A DNA stretch of 64,000 bases from NCBI GenBank assembly GCA_022562155.1, contig JADFPV010000001.1:16508-80507 (forward strand). Reading direction: 5' to 3'. This DNA is from Chloroflexota bacterium (lineage in GTDB: Bacteria > Chloroflexota > Dehalococcoidia > DSTF01 > RBG-16-68-14). The notes under the pieces are model-generated. The model had not been told where the DNA came from. It made no database searches and saw nothing but the letters and a program-made list of their open reading frames with translations. Made by a program: the position numbers and the translations under genes. Shown piece after piece: positions 47,047 to 59,251 of this stretch (within the stretch, counting starts at the first letter, position 1; each line of letters opens with the position of its first letter).

Positions 47047-48405
47047 ATGTCAGCCGCGCTAGCATGGACGCGCCAGCGTTGGGTCTCATGGGCAGGCGAG
47101 CGTACCGGGACCGAGTTGCGGCTGCTGGTGGTGATCCTCGCGATCGCGGCGATCCTACGGCTGCTGTGGGTACTTTACGCCGCGCGCGAACCGCAAGGCG
47201 TCCACGACCCGACGTTCTACTTCGGCTACGGCCAGGCCATCGCGGAAGGTATCGGCTACGAGCTCCCCGCTGTCGGATCGATCGCCGCCGGACCGACGGC
47301 CTACTATCCTATCGGCTATCCGGCGGCTCTCGGCGCCGTGTTTGCGCTGGTCACGCACACGCCGATCCCGGACAACCTGGTGTTGACGATGGGCTTCTTT
47401 CAGCTCTTCCTCGGCGTTGCGACCGTTGCAATGGTCTACGAGGTCGGGCGAAGGCTCTTTGGGCCACAAGTAGGGTTGGTGGCCGGCCTGTTGTTGGCCG
47501 TCTTCCCGAACCTGATCTTCCACACTGCGGCATTCCTGACCGAGACGCTCTTCATGTTCCTGGTCATGGCAGCGCTGCTCGTCCTCTTGTGGGAGGACTG
47601 GCGCGAACGCCCGCCCGGCCTGCCTCGCCTCATGTCGTTCGGTCTTCTGCTGGGCGCGTCGGTGCTTGTCCGCCCCATCTCGCTGCTCTTTCTCCCGCTG
47701 CTGCCCGTCGTATGGCTAGTTGCGCGCGTTGGCTGGCAACGGGCGTTGCTGGATACGGGGGTGGTCCTCATCGTGACGGTCGCCGTGATCGCGCCCTGGT
47801 CGGTTCGCAACTTCATACGGATGGACTCGCCCGTAATCATCTCGACCAACCTAGGCGACAATCTCTGCATCGGGCACCATGCCGGGGCTCCCGGCAGCTT
47901 CGCGCTGCCTCCTAGCTGCTTTCCGGAAGATGCCGATGCCGATGCCGGTATCGACCGCGCTGAGTTCGAGGTCAGACGCAACAACGACAACATTGAGAAG
48001 GCGGTCGAGTTCGCGCTTGCCAATCCGGCCGCGGAACTGAAACTGCTCTCTCGCAAGGCCTACTACCTCTGGCGGCAAGACCACGATGGCTTGTGGGCAG
48101 TCGAGTCCTTCGGCGAGAATTCGTTCATGGACGACTCGGTCCGGACCGCGCTCGAACGCGTGGCCGATGTCTTCTTTTTCGTCACGATCAGTTTAGGAGG
48201 GCTGGGTCTCGCGGGGCTCGTGTCCCGGCCCGCTGATGGGCGGCGGTGGTATTTCTTGCTGGCGCTGCTGTCGCTGGCCGGAATACCGCTTGTCTTCTTC
48301 GGAGACGCTCGGTTCCATGTGCCGGTCATGCCGCTGCTGGTGGTGCCTGCGGCGTGGGTGGTCGTGTCTTCCGTGACGTTCCTGCGGAAGCGCTACGTGT
48401 CGTAG
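47047..48405 (+). CDS. GT39/ArnT-like membrane glycosyltransferase
   Basis: DPTFY, PTAYYPIGYP, LTETLF, LVRP, PWSVRN and RFHVP motifs. Confidence 0.82.
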   Translation: MSAALAWTRQRWVSWAGERTGTELRLLVVILAIAAILRLLWVLYAAREPQGVHDPTFYFGYGQAIAEGIGYELPAVGSIAAGPTAYYPIGYPAALGAVFALVTHTPIPDNLVLTMGFFQLFLGVATVAMVYEVGRRLFGPQVGLVAGLLLAVFPNLIFHTAAFLTETLFMFLVMAALLVLLWEDWRERPPGLPRLMSFGLLLGASVLVRPISLLFLPLLPVVWLVARVGWQRALLDTGVVLIVTVAVIAPWSVRNFIRMDSPVIISTNLGDNLCIGHHAGAPGSFALPPSCFPEDADADAGIDRAEFEVRRNNDNIEKAVEFALANPAAELKLLSRKAYYLWRQDHDGLWAVESFGENSFMDDSVRTALERVADVFFFVTISLGGLGLAGLVSRPADGRRWYFLLALLSLAGIPLVFFGDARFHVPVMPLLVVPAAWVVVSSVTFLRKRYVS

Positions 48406-49532
48406 TAGTTACTGACGGTGAAGGTGCGGCGGCGCATCAGGATGCTCTGCAGTACGCCAATGCAGATGAAGAGCGTAATCAAGGAGCTGCCTCCCTGGCT
48501 CACGAATGGCAAGGGGATGCCCGTCACTGGCAGCAGCCCTACGTTCACCCCAACGTTGATGAAGGTTTGCAGCAGGATGAAGATCACCATCCCCGTCGCC
48601 AGCAGCCTCCCGAAGAGGTCGCGGGACAGCTCGGCAACGCGCAGCGCCCGCCACAAGAGGATGATGAACAGGGAGAACAGCAGGATCGCCCCGATGAAGC
48701 CTAGCTCCTCTCCGAGGACGCTGAAGACGTAGTCGGTCGTCTCCGTACGTAGATAGTCGAGTTGCGTCTGCCCGCCTTCCGTCAGCCCTTTCCCGAAGAA
48801 GCCGCCTGAGCCGATGCCAATCTGGGCCTGTAACGACTGAAAACCCGCGCCCAAAGGATCACTCTCAGGATCGAGCCACGTCGCGATGCGGTTACGCTGG
48901 TAGTCGGTGACGAGCCCAACGAACGCAAACGGTACCGCGACGAGGCTGACACCCACTAGGCCCACCACGTGACGCAATCTCGCGCCAGCGGCCAGCACCA
49001 TCCCCAGCCAGATCGCCGCGAAGATAACGGCTGAACCAAGGTCAGGCTCGGCGAACACGAGGAGCGTCGGGACGGCAGCCATCGCGAGCGATGTGAGGAA
49101 GACACGTAGGTCCCCTATCTGCTCTCGATGGTCCGAGAGGTACTTCGCCAAGGCGATTATCACGACCAGTTTCGCGATCTCCGATGGCTGGACCTGCGTC
49201 CCGCCGATTTCAATCCAGCGCCGGGAACCATAGGTGGCGTCGCCCGCGACGACAAGGAAGGCTAGCACCGCGATCGCTGCGACGTACATGCCGACGCTGA
49301 GCACGCCCAGCGCTCGATAGTTTGCACGTGCGATGGCGAGGGCGATGACCAACCCTACTGTCGCGAACGCGGCTTGTCGCATCGCCGGATGGGCCAGATC
49401 GCCTATAGCGGGGGTGCCAAACTGGTTGAGGCTGGCGCTGTAAATCAACAACGCGCCGATTCCGACCAGCGCAAGCGCCGCTAGCATGAGCACCGGGTCG
49501 AAATCGCGTAGCCGGATCGTTCGCGTGTTCAA
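48393..49532 (-). CDS. rodA: Rod shape-determining SEDS protein RodA
   Basis: RRWI, QPSEIAK, EPDLGS, IGSGG, TDYVFS, TGIPLPFVSQGGSS. Confidence 0.95.
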   Translation of the reverse strand: MNTRTIRLRDFDPVLMLAALALVGIGALLIYSASLNQFGTPAIGDLAHPAMRQAAFATVGLVIALAIARANYRALGVLSVGMYVAAIAVLAFLVVAGDATYGSRRWIEIGGTQVQPSEIAKLVVIIALAKYLSDHREQIGDLRVFLTSLAMAAVPTLLVFAEPDLGSAVIFAAIWLGMVLAAGARLRHVVGLVGVSLVAVPFAFVGLVTDYQRNRIATWLDPESDPLGAGFQSLQAQIGIGSGGFFGKGLTEGGQTQLDYLRTETTDYVFSVLGEELGFIGAILLFSLFIILLWRALRVAELSRDLFGRLLATGMVIFILLQTFINVGVNVGLLPVTGIPLPFVSQGGSSLITLFICIGVLQSILMRRRTFTVSNYYDT

Positions 49533-51448
49533 GGCGCGTTCTCGACGAGCCGCTGACGGTCGAAGTAGTAGTCGAAGATCTGCTTGGCGACTGGGCCCGC
49601 GTTGGTTGAGCCGACGCCCTGCTCCAAGAAGACGACGACGGCGATCTCAGGATCGTCGAACGGCGCGTATGCCGTGTACCAGGCGTGGCTGTTTGGGTAG
49701 GTCCCGTCCGCCAGCGGCTGGCCGAATTCAGCCGTACCGGTTTTCCCCGCGATCGTCACGAATCGGCTCGCGCCCGTCCTTGCTGGGCCATAGTCGGCCG
49801 CCTGGCGAAGCGCCTCTTGCATGATGCCCAGGTTGCGCTGCGAGATGTTCAGTGTGTGTGAGACCTCACGGGACATCTGCTGAAGGACGTTGCCTTGTTC
49901 ATCGACAACACGCTCTAGCGTGCGCGGTACCAGCACATCGCCGCCGTTTGCGATCGCGGCGACGGCGACCAACAGTTGCATCGGCGTGACTGTCAGGAAG
50001 CCCTGGCCGATACCGAAGTTGTACGTATCGCCTAGCGTCCAGACGGCACTCTCGCCAAAGGTCGCCTCCTTCCAAGCAGGGTCTGGTACTAGACCGGCCG
50101 CCTCGCCGGGCAGGTCGATGCCCGTGAGGCTACCGAGGCCATACTCGCGGGCATACGCGGACAGCCGCTCGACGCCGAGGCCTTCGAAAAGCTCCTCGCC
50201 GCCTTGGAAGTAGCCACCGGAGAGGTAGTAGAAGTACACGTCAGAGGACATTGCCAGCCCGCGATAGAAGTCCATCGTCCCCAGCGCAGCCCAGTCTCGC
50301 ATCACCCAGGTACGGTTAGGATCGTACTCGTCCTCTACGGTGATCAGCCCGCGGCTTGTGATCGTCGTGTCTGGCGATGCGACTCCCTCTTGCAGCGCAG
50401 CCGTGCCCGTGATCTGCTTGAACGTGCTCCCCGGCGGGTACACCTCCGAAATGGCGTGGTTGACCATCGGCTTGGCCAGGTTCTCGTAGAGGGCAGGAAG
50501 GGCGCTCTGATCGACCGGGTCGGTGAGGAGGTTATTGTCATACGAAGGCAGCGACACCATCGAGAGGATGCCGCCGGTGTTGACGTCCATTACCACGGCA
50601 ACGGCGTTCAGCGAGTTGCCCTTTGCCTCAAGTAGATATCGCTCAACCTGACGTTGGAGGTCCAGGTCGAGCGTCAGCACGAGGTTGCCGGCCGGCCTCG
50701 GATCGTTTCTTCCAATCTGTTTGATTTCCTGGCCAGCGGCGTCGATCTCGACCTGGCGGTAGCCCGGCGAGCCACGTAGCATCGCCTCGTAAACGTACTC
50801 GACGCCAGCCTTGCCGAGACGGTCGTTAATCAGGTAGCCGTCGCCGCGAAGGTCTGCGTACTCTCCTTCGTCAATGCGGCCGACGAAGCCTAGCAGGTGA
50901 GAGATGAGCGACTCGTAGGGGTAGGAACGGATCGATTCAACGAGGACCTGGACCCCCGGCAACTCCGGGACGCGCTCGCGGAGCAGGAAGGCCGTTTCTT
51001 CGTCCAGGTCTGGCTTGATAACCACGGGCGTAAACGGGTCGGCGCTATCCTGGGCCTCCAGGATGCTGAGCGCGATCTCTTCCGGAGGCACGTTTGTGAT
51101 ATCCGCCAAGCCCGCGACTACCGTCAGGAACTGGTCCTCCGGTACGTCCGCTGGGATTACTGCAGCCGAGAAGATCGGCAGGTTCTCGACAAGCTGCTCG
51201 CCGTAACGATCGTAGATTAGCCCTCGTGCTGGAATCTCTGGGATGGTGCGGAGGCGGTTCGACTCTGCGCGGACCTCGTACTCGTCGTGTTGCAGGATCT
51301 GCATGCGCACGAGCTGGATCGAAAGGATGCCGAAAAGCAGGATGATCAGCGCACGCAGAAGCAACGAGCGATGCTGCGCAACCTCCGTTGGGCGTGGCTC
51401 TGTGGCACGTGAACGCCAGCGGCGTTTGCCAGGCGGTGGTAGTTGCAT
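49529..51448 (-). CDS. mrdA: Penicillin-binding protein 2
   Basis: RGLIYDR, PGSTFK (SxxK), SSD, KTGTAE motifs. Confidence 0.95.
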   Translation of the reverse strand: MQLPPPGKRRWRSRATEPRPTEVAQHRSLLLRALIILLFGILSIQLVRMQILQHDEYEVRAESNRLRTIPEIPARGLIYDRYGEQLVENLPIFSAAVIPADVPEDQFLTVVAGLADITNVPPEEIALSILEAQDSADPFTPVVIKPDLDEETAFLLRERVPELPGVQVLVESIRSYPYESLISHLLGFVGRIDEGEYADLRGDGYLINDRLGKAGVEYVYEAMLRGSPGYRQVEIDAAGQEIKQIGRNDPRPAGNLVLTLDLDLQRQVERYLLEAKGNSLNAVAVVMDVNTGGILSMVSLPSYDNNLLTDPVDQSALPALYENLAKPMVNHAISEVYPPGSTFKQITGTAALQEGVASPDTTITSRGLITVEDEYDPNRTWVMRDWAALGTMDFYRGLAMSSDVYFYYLSGGYFQGGEELFEGLGVERLSAYAREYGLGSLTGIDLPGEAAGLVPDPAWKEATFGESAVWTLGDTYNFGIGQGFLTVTPMQLLVAVAAIANGGDVLVPRTLERVVDEQGNVLQQMSREVSHTLNISQRNLGIMQEALRQAADYGPARTGASRFVTIAGKTGTAEFGQPLADGTYPNSHAWYTAYAPFDDPEIAVVVFLEQGVGSTNAGPVAKQIFDYYFDRQRLVENAP

Positions 51449-51487
51449 GTCCTTACGCGATGAAACGCGTCCCTGCGTGGGACTGGG

Positions 51488-51988
51488 TTAGCGGAGCGCC
51501 GGGCGCTCCCTGAGATCCAGGCTGGCGATACGGATCAGCCCGTACACAGGAATAAGTAGCAATGCGTTCGCAATAGCTGCTGGCACCAGGACGCTCGTGA
51601 CACTGGCGAGCCACGCGATCGGCTCGCCCCTCATCGACAAGCTTACCATGATCGTGCTTTCGTAGACTACGGTTGCGGCCACCGTGAGCACAATTGCCGG
51701 CAAGAGATCAGAGTCCACTAGACGTAACTCACGGATATCGGTCATTAGGGTAAGTGGCGCCAGCGCCAACATCGCCAGACCCAAGGGCTGGCTGTCGAGC
51801 AGCCCGTGGACGAACCCCGCGATCGGAATCAACACGAGGGCTTCTCTTCGGCCGCGTGCTGCCATCCAGCCGACGAGGAGCACGATCACGAAGTTCGGTT
51901 GTACGCCGAACACGTTGAACGCCGGCATGATCGCGATTTGCGCGATCACGGCCACAAGCACGACCAGCAGTCCGATGGCGTAGTTCAC
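51488..51988 (-). CDS. mreD: Rod shape-determining protein MreD
   Basis: Hydrophobic, QPNF motif; lies between mreC and mrdA. Confidence 0.85.
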   Translation of the reverse strand: MNYAIGLLVVLVAVIAQIAIMPAFNVFGVQPNFVIVLLVGWMAARGRREALVLIPIAGFVHGLLDSQPLGLAMLALAPLTLMTDIRELRLVDSDLLPAIVLTVAATVVYESTIMVSLSMRGEPIAWLASVTSVLVPAAIANALLLIPVYGLIRIASLDLRERPALR

Positions 51989-52809
51989 GGAGACCCCGTA
52001 TCCAGTGGAACGAAGCTGCTAAGCACCAGGACAGTCTCCAAGCGCGAGAGGTCTGCCAGCGGCTCTACGCGGACCTCCTGGAACAGCTGTTGCGGAGTGC
52101 GCTGGATGTCGACCACCTCGCCGATCACCTCGTTGGGCGGGTGCTGTCCGCTGAGGCCTGACGTGAGGACCAGGTCACCAGCCTTGATGTCCGCCGTCTC
52201 CCGCACCAAGTCCATCGTTAACGTCCCGTCGGGAGAGCCTACCACGACTCCCTGGGCGCGTGACTCTTGAATCAGAGCGCCTATGGCGCTCGTTTGGTCA
52301 GTCACCAGCGTGACCCACGCCGCGTGTTCAAGCACGCGGGAGATTGTGCCAACGACGCTTCCTTGCTGGGTCAGCACGAGCATCTCTTGGCGTATCCCGT
52401 GCGCGCTCCCCCTGTCGATGGCGATCAATTGCTGCGAGTTGCTTGGCTCAACGGCGAACACATCGGCCCGGATGAACGTTTCGCCCTCGGCGACGCCACG
52501 AAGATTCATGAAACCCTGAAGCTGTTGCAATTCCTGCTCGGCCTCGGAGAGTCGCGCGTTTTCGGCGATGAGGCGTTCATTTTCGTCCCTGAGCGCCTGG
52601 TTCTCGTTCGAGAGCAGGTTAATGTCAGTGATGTTGTTGATGAACTCCGCGACGGGCCTCGTCGCGTTCCTTAGCCCTGACTCGATTGGCGCGGCGACCG
52701 TGAGCGCTCCGTCTTCCAGCGGTCCGAAGAGAGCGACGCGGCTAGCAGCAAGGAAGAGAAGACTGGCCAAGACGACGAAGCCAAACCACGTACGGGTACG
52801 GACTCGCAT
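51985..52809 (-). CDS. mreC: Rod shape-determining protein MreC
   Basis: TM segment, coiled coil, IDRGS, GDLVLTSG motifs. Confidence 0.92.
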   Translation of the reverse strand: MRVRTRTWFGFVVLASLLFLAASRVALFGPLEDGALTVAAPIESGLRNATRPVAEFINNITDINLLSNENQALRDENERLIAENARLSEAEQELQQLQGFMNLRGVAEGETFIRADVFAVEPSNSQQLIAIDRGSAHGIRQEMLVLTQQGSVVGTISRVLEHAAWVTLVTDQTSAIGALIQESRAQGVVVGSPDGTLTMDLVRETADIKAGDLVLTSGLSGQHPPNEVIGEVVDIQRTPQQLFQEVRVEPLADLSRLETVLVLSSFVPLDTGSP

Positions 52810-52876
52810 GGTGTTCCTCTCTAGGGAATGCGCCCGCGTGGCGGTAGATCGCTGTACGCGACAGGTTCAGCGCCTG

Positions 52877-53938
52877 TCACCGGGGCGGCTTGCGGCTCGC
52901 CAGGCTGGCCTGCACCTTTTCCAGCATCGCCGTCTCTTCAAGCATCTCGCCGGTACCATGCACGACGCTGGAAAGCGGCTCCTCCGCGACGTAGACCGGG
53001 AACTTCGTTTCCTGAGCAAGCCGCCGGTCCAAGCCTCGCAGCAGAGCGCCGCCACCAGCCAGCACGATGCCACGGTACATGAGGTCCGCTACCAACTCTG
53101 GCGGCGTGATCTCGATCGTCGAGCGCACTGCTTCCACGATCGCGCCGATCGACCCGGAGAGCGCGTCTCGCAACTCGACGGTGCTGACTTCGACGGACTT
53201 GGGCAGCCCCGTCGCCAGGTCGCGCCCGCGGATATCAATCGTCTCTTCCTCCTCGAGAGGGAACGCAGAGCCAGCCTGGATCTTGATCTCCTCCGCCATC
53301 CGTTCACCGATCAGCATGTTGTGTACCTGGCGGGAGTACGCGATGATCTCCTGGTCCATCTCGTCGCCCGCGATGCGGATCGATGTGCTGACAACGACGC
53401 CGCCCAGCGCGATTACGGCCACCTCGGTCGTGCCCCCACCAATGTCGACGATCATGCAGCCGTGGGGCTCCATGACGGGCAGGCCGCTGCCGATAGCGGC
53501 CGCCATTGGCTCCTCGACCAGGAATACGGCGCGCGCGCCGGCGTTCAGCGCCGCGTCATAGACAGCTCGCTTTTCGACCTCGGTCACGCCGCTGGGGATG
53601 CCGAGGACGACGCGTGGCCGTGGGATGGCCATGCCGAAGCGGTCGTGCACCGACCGGATGAAGTAGTGAAGCATGCGCTCCGTCACTTCGAAGTCGGAAA
53701 TCACGCCGTCCTTCAGCGGCCTGACGGCGACGATGTTGGAGGGCGTCCGCCCCACCATACGCTTCGCCTCAGAGCCGATCGCCAAAATCTTTTTCGAGAT
53801 CTTGTCGATGGCGACGACCGATGGCTCGTCGATAACGATGCCACGACCGCGGACCATGACGAGCGTGTTCGCCGTCCCGAGGTCGATGCCGATATCGTGG
53901 GAGAAGATACCGAGGAGAGCGTTGAGCGGATTAATCAC
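52877..53938 (-). CDS. mreB: Actin-like MreB
   Basis: DIGIDLGTANT, EPSVVA, EEPMAAAIG, VDIGGGTTE, GGGALL. Confidence 0.97.
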   Translation of the reverse strand: MINPLNALLGIFSHDIGIDLGTANTLVMVRGRGIVIDEPSVVAIDKISKKILAIGSEAKRMVGRTPSNIVAVRPLKDGVISDFEVTERMLHYFIRSVHDRFGMAIPRPRVVLGIPSGVTEVEKRAVYDAALNAGARAVFLVEEPMAAAIGSGLPVMEPHGCMIVDIGGGTTEVAVIALGGVVVSTSIRIAGDEMDQEIIAYSRQVHNMLIGERMAEEIKIQAGSAFPLEEEETIDIRGRDLATGLPKSVEVSTVELRDALSGSIGAIVEAVRSTIEITPPELVADLMYRGIVLAGGGALLRGLDRRLAQETKFPVYVAEEPLSSVVHGTGEMLEETAMLEKVQASLASRKPPR

Positions 53939-54094
53939 TGCGCGTCCCTACGCTGAATGTAAGAGAAGAAGAAAACCACCAGGCCCGGCGGGTGCTCAGC
54001 GATTATACCGGAGAGGCGGACGGCTGTGAAGGGGTTCGCCGCATTTTGGCTTAGAAAATTCATGTGGCCCTAATCGAAGCGTCGGGACCTAGAC

Positions 54095-56167
<2,073 letters not shown>

Positions 56168-56653
56168 CTAGCGAGTGTCTTCCCGCCAAATGCTGCGCAC
56201 AGGCCGAGTGTCCGGCTGGCCGACGTTCTCCCAGTAGGCCATCATTGCTTCCTCGATGTCGTACTCAAAGAGCAGTTCTTCCGGCTTGAGGTTGAGCAGC
56301 GCACCGTCTGGCTGCCGGCCGGCCTCCGGTCCTTCGGCCAGTACCATCGCCTTCGTTTCCGCGTCGTCGATAAAGCGGGCGCGGCCTCGCACTTGGAACT
56401 CGGCGTCGTTCTCGCCGGGCAGCATATGCAGGACGTAGCGGCCGTCGCGCTTCAGGTCGTGGCGCTTCGGCGACTCTGGGTCCGTCGCGATGAAGAGCCG
56501 TCCGCGGACGACGAACGGGCATACCGGATGGAGGCGCGGCGAACCGTCCTTGCGCACGGTCGCAAGGAACGCCATGCCGAAGTTAGCTCGAAGCTCTGAG
56601 CCTAGTTCGGCCATCTCCGGAGCGGCCTCCGCGAACTCAGCCCAGGTTGCCAA
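56168..56653 (-). CDS. Pyridoxamine 5'-phosphate oxidase-like split-barrel protein
   Basis: LATVRKDGSPRLHPV, SPKRHDLKRDGR. Confidence 0.85.
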   Translation of the reverse strand: MATWAEFAEAAPEMAELGSELRANFGMAFLATVRKDGSPRLHPVCPFVVRGRLFIATDPESPKRHDLKRDGRYVLHMLPGENDAEFQVRGRARFIDDAETKAMVLAEGPEAGRQPDGALLNLKPEELLFEYDIEEAMMAYWENVGQPDTRPVRSIWREDTR

Positions 56654-56656
56654 CGC

Positions 56657-57022
56657 TTAAGAGCCTGGCGGCGTGAACTCGATGAGCTGGCCGTAGTTGC
56701 CGTCGGGGTCGACGAACGTCGAGATGACGCCTCCCCACTCCTCCTTGCCGGCCGTGCGGATAAATTCGACGCCAGCGCTTTCTAGGCGCGACTGCTCGGC
56801 GTTCAGGTCGTCGACGAAGAAGTTGATCAGCACGCGCGGCGGGTCGCTGTTCGTTCCCGAGACCTCGCTGTGGCCGTCGATGAGGAACGTCGTGCCTCCT
56901 GCGTTGAACGCGTTCGGGCCGATAGCAGGGTTGCCCTCCAGGCCGATGACGTCCCGATAGAACGCACCGAGTTTGTCCGGGTTTCCGCTGTTGAGATTGA
57001 CGATGCACTGGTTGACCTTCAT
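56657..57022 (-). CDS. VOC/glyoxalase family protein
   Basis: FYRDVIGL, INFFVDDL, FVDPDGN; AGGAG RBS. Confidence 0.9.
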   Translation of the reverse strand: MKVNQCIVNLNSGNPDKLGAFYRDVIGLEGNPAIGPNAFNAGGTTFLIDGHSEVSGTNSDPPRVLINFFVDDLNAEQSRLESAGVEFIRTAGKEEWGGVISTFVDPDGNYGQLIEFTPPGS

Positions 57023-57069
57023 CTGTTGGTCTCCTTTCTGAAGGTGATGTAATTTGCCGTGCGCGACCC

Positions 57070-57102
57070 ACTCTACAGGTACGTCGTGACAGCGGGATGT
57101 CA
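57070..57102 (-). promoter_or_regulatory. TGACA-N6-TGTCA inverted repeat plus -10 (TAGAGT); candidate WYL-regulator site
   Basis: Palindrome at 57087-57102, 11 nt upstream of TAGAGT (57070-57075, minus strand). Confidence 0.65.
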
Positions 57103-57247
57103 GTAGGGTGGTCGTTTTTCGAGCGGCAGGTTGTGCGAGGCTCTGCAGCGCTCGTGGCTGCCTATTGGTTGGCGCGGGCAGTTCGAAGCATTGCTAACGG
57201 ACGCCTTAGCGTCCGCGGATGCCGTCAGGCATCCGAACGGGATGCTT

Positions 57248-58177
57248 TCAGGCATCCCCGTATGCCTCGGCCAACGCACGTGCTTCGTCCCGTACGCGTT
57301 CGACCACGAGTTCAGGCGAGAGCACTCGGGCTGATGCACCCCAGCTTAAGAGCCAGGGCAAAAGTCGCCGCAGGTCGCGCGACTCGTACACGAACACGGA
57401 CCCGCCTTCGCTCTGCTCCTCGCCCCGCAAGCCGTAGGCGGGCGCCTCCCGCGCCCACGGAACACTCGATGCCTCTATCCAGACACGAACTTCTTGGTAT
57501 TCTCCTTCGTGATAGGTCGACTTGAGATCGACGTCAGCAAGTCGTTCGAAGCGCTCGTCCAGCAACTCCGCCTCGCGGATGCGTCCTGCCCGAAAGTCGC
57601 GCATCTCCTGCCGCAGGCGGCAGTAGGCGACCAGGTGCCAGTCGTTGCCGTAGTGGACGAGGTAGTACGGCTCCACCTGCCGTTCGGTTAGCTCGTCAGA
57701 CCCAAACGAGTGATAGCGTAACTCCAGCACACGGTCGTGGATCACCGCCTGCTGGAGGATCGGTAGCCATGGCGTCGTTTCTTGCTGCGTCCACCGGGAC
57801 ACGCGGATGCGCTCACGAAGGCGGTCGACCTCCTCGCGTGTCTCCGGCCGCAGCGCTGCTTCGACCTTCGTGGCGGCTGACTTCGTAGCCTCGCGTTGGC
57901 CTGCCGTGCCCAATCCGAGCGCGAGGTCGCTCCCGAGGAGGAGCTGGACAGCCTCCTCCGCCGTGAACGCGATCGGAGGCAGGTGATAGCCCTCCACTAG
58001 GCGGTAGCCCTCGCCGGGCATCGCCGCGACGGGCACGCCCGCATCACAAAGCGCGTCGATGTCGCGGTAGATCGTGCGCACCGAACACTCGCAGACCTCA
58101 GCGAGGTCAGCGGCTCGCACGGGACGCTCTTCCCGCAGTCGCATGAGGATCAACAGGCGACGGTCCATCTGCTTCAT
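57248..58177 (-). CDS. YafY/PafC-like HTH-WYL-WCX transcriptional regulator
   Basis: SVRTIYRDIDAL HTH; RQVEPY...WHLVAYCRLRQEMRDFRAGRI WYL domain; LLSWG. Confidence 0.93.
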   Translation of the reverse strand: MKQMDRRLLILMRLREERPVRAADLAEVCECSVRTIYRDIDALCDAGVPVAAMPGEGYRLVEGYHLPPIAFTAEEAVQLLLGSDLALGLGTAGQREATKSAATKVEAALRPETREEVDRLRERIRVSRWTQQETTPWLPILQQAVIHDRVLELRYHSFGSDELTERQVEPYYLVHYGNDWHLVAYCRLRQEMRDFRAGRIREAELLDERFERLADVDLKSTYHEGEYQEVRVWIEASSVPWAREAPAYGLRGEEQSEGGSVFVYESRDLRRLLPWLLSWGASARVLSPELVVERVRDEARALAEAYGDA

Positions 58178-58222
58178 GGGCGTTCATTATACGGCGAAGC
58201 ACCATGCTAGAATTCAGGTGAA

Positions 58223-58849
58223 ATGGCCAGAAAACGCGTCATCATCCTAGATTACGGCGCCGGGAACCTGAGGAGCGTTGCCCGTGCGGTCGAGCACCTT
58301 GGATTCACGCCCGACGTGTCCGACGATCCACGCGCTCTGGATGACGCCGACGCCGTGATCATGCCCGGCGTCGGTGCTGCTGCCGATACGATGCGCAATC
58401 TGGACGAACGCCACTTCAGCGATCCGCTCCGTGAATACATCAAGTCTGGCCGGCCGTTCTTAGGCGTGTGTATGGGCCTCCAGGCACTCCTGACTGTGAG
58501 CGAAGAGGGCGGCGAGCACAGATGCTTGGACGTGGTTGAAGGGCGGGTCCGCCGATTCGAGCGCAAAGGCGACATGAAGATCCCCCACATGGGCTGGAAC
58601 GCCGTCGAGCAGGTGCGGGAGCACCCCGTATTCGCTGGGATTCCAGATGGCAGCTTCTTCTACTTTGTGCATGGCTACTACCCAGACCCTGAGGACGAAT
58701 CGATCGTGATTGGGCGTACTGACTACGGTGGGCCGTTCGCGTCCGTCATTGCCTGTGACAACCTGATCGCGACGCAGTTTCACCCAGAGAAGAGCGGCAA
58801 GGTGGGCTTGCAGCTGTATCAGAACTTCCTAGAGGACGCGGTTTCATGA
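58223..58849 (+). CDS. hisH: Imidazole glycerol phosphate synthase glutaminase subunit
   Basis: DYGAGNL, PGVG, GVCMG, PHMGWN, QFHPEKS. Confidence 0.96.
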   Translation: MARKRVIILDYGAGNLRSVARAVEHLGFTPDVSDDPRALDDADAVIMPGVGAAADTMRNLDERHFSDPLREYIKSGRPFLGVCMGLQALLTVSEEGGEHRCLDVVEGRVRRFERKGDMKIPHMGWNAVEQVREHPVFAGIPDGSFFYFVHGYYPDPEDESIVIGRTDYGGPFASVIACDNLIATQFHPEKSGKVGLQLYQNFLEDAVS

Positions 58850-59247
58850 GCCGCGATAACGACGGCGTCGAGATCGATTTCCCGTTCTTCCGTTTCTACG
58901 CGGGCAGCCGGGGCGTCCACATTGGTTCTTCCGATGACGAGGGGGTGATTGACATGGAGATGGATGATGCGGCCGAGTATCGGCAAGTCCGACGAATTGT
59001 CCGGCGGAGGTTGCGCTTCGTGCGACATCTGTTTGTCTACCTGGCTCTCAACGCGTTCTTCGTCCTGATCGACTGGCAGACCGGCGGCTCGGGTAGAGGC
59101 ATCTCCTGGTCGATCTGGGTCGCCGCCATCTGGGGCGTCTTCCTAGCCTGGGAGTTCGTCTCCAACTTCGTCGCTCCTTACCTCTGGGGTCGCAATATAG
59201 AGGAGCGGCTGATCCAACGAGAGCTGCGCCGCAGACGCGAAGGCTGA
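58846..59247 (+). CDS. 2TM domain protein
   Basis: FVRHLFVYLALN...W..W...WG pattern; two TM helices; ATGA overlap with hisH. Confidence 0.75.
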   Translation: MSRDNDGVEIDFPFFRFYAGSRGVHIGSSDDEGVIDMEMDDAAEYRQVRRIVRRRLRFVRHLFVYLALNAFFVLIDWQTGGSGRGISWSIWVAAIWGVFLAWEFVSNFVAPYLWGRNIEERLIQRELRRRREG

Positions 59248-59251
59248 TCAC

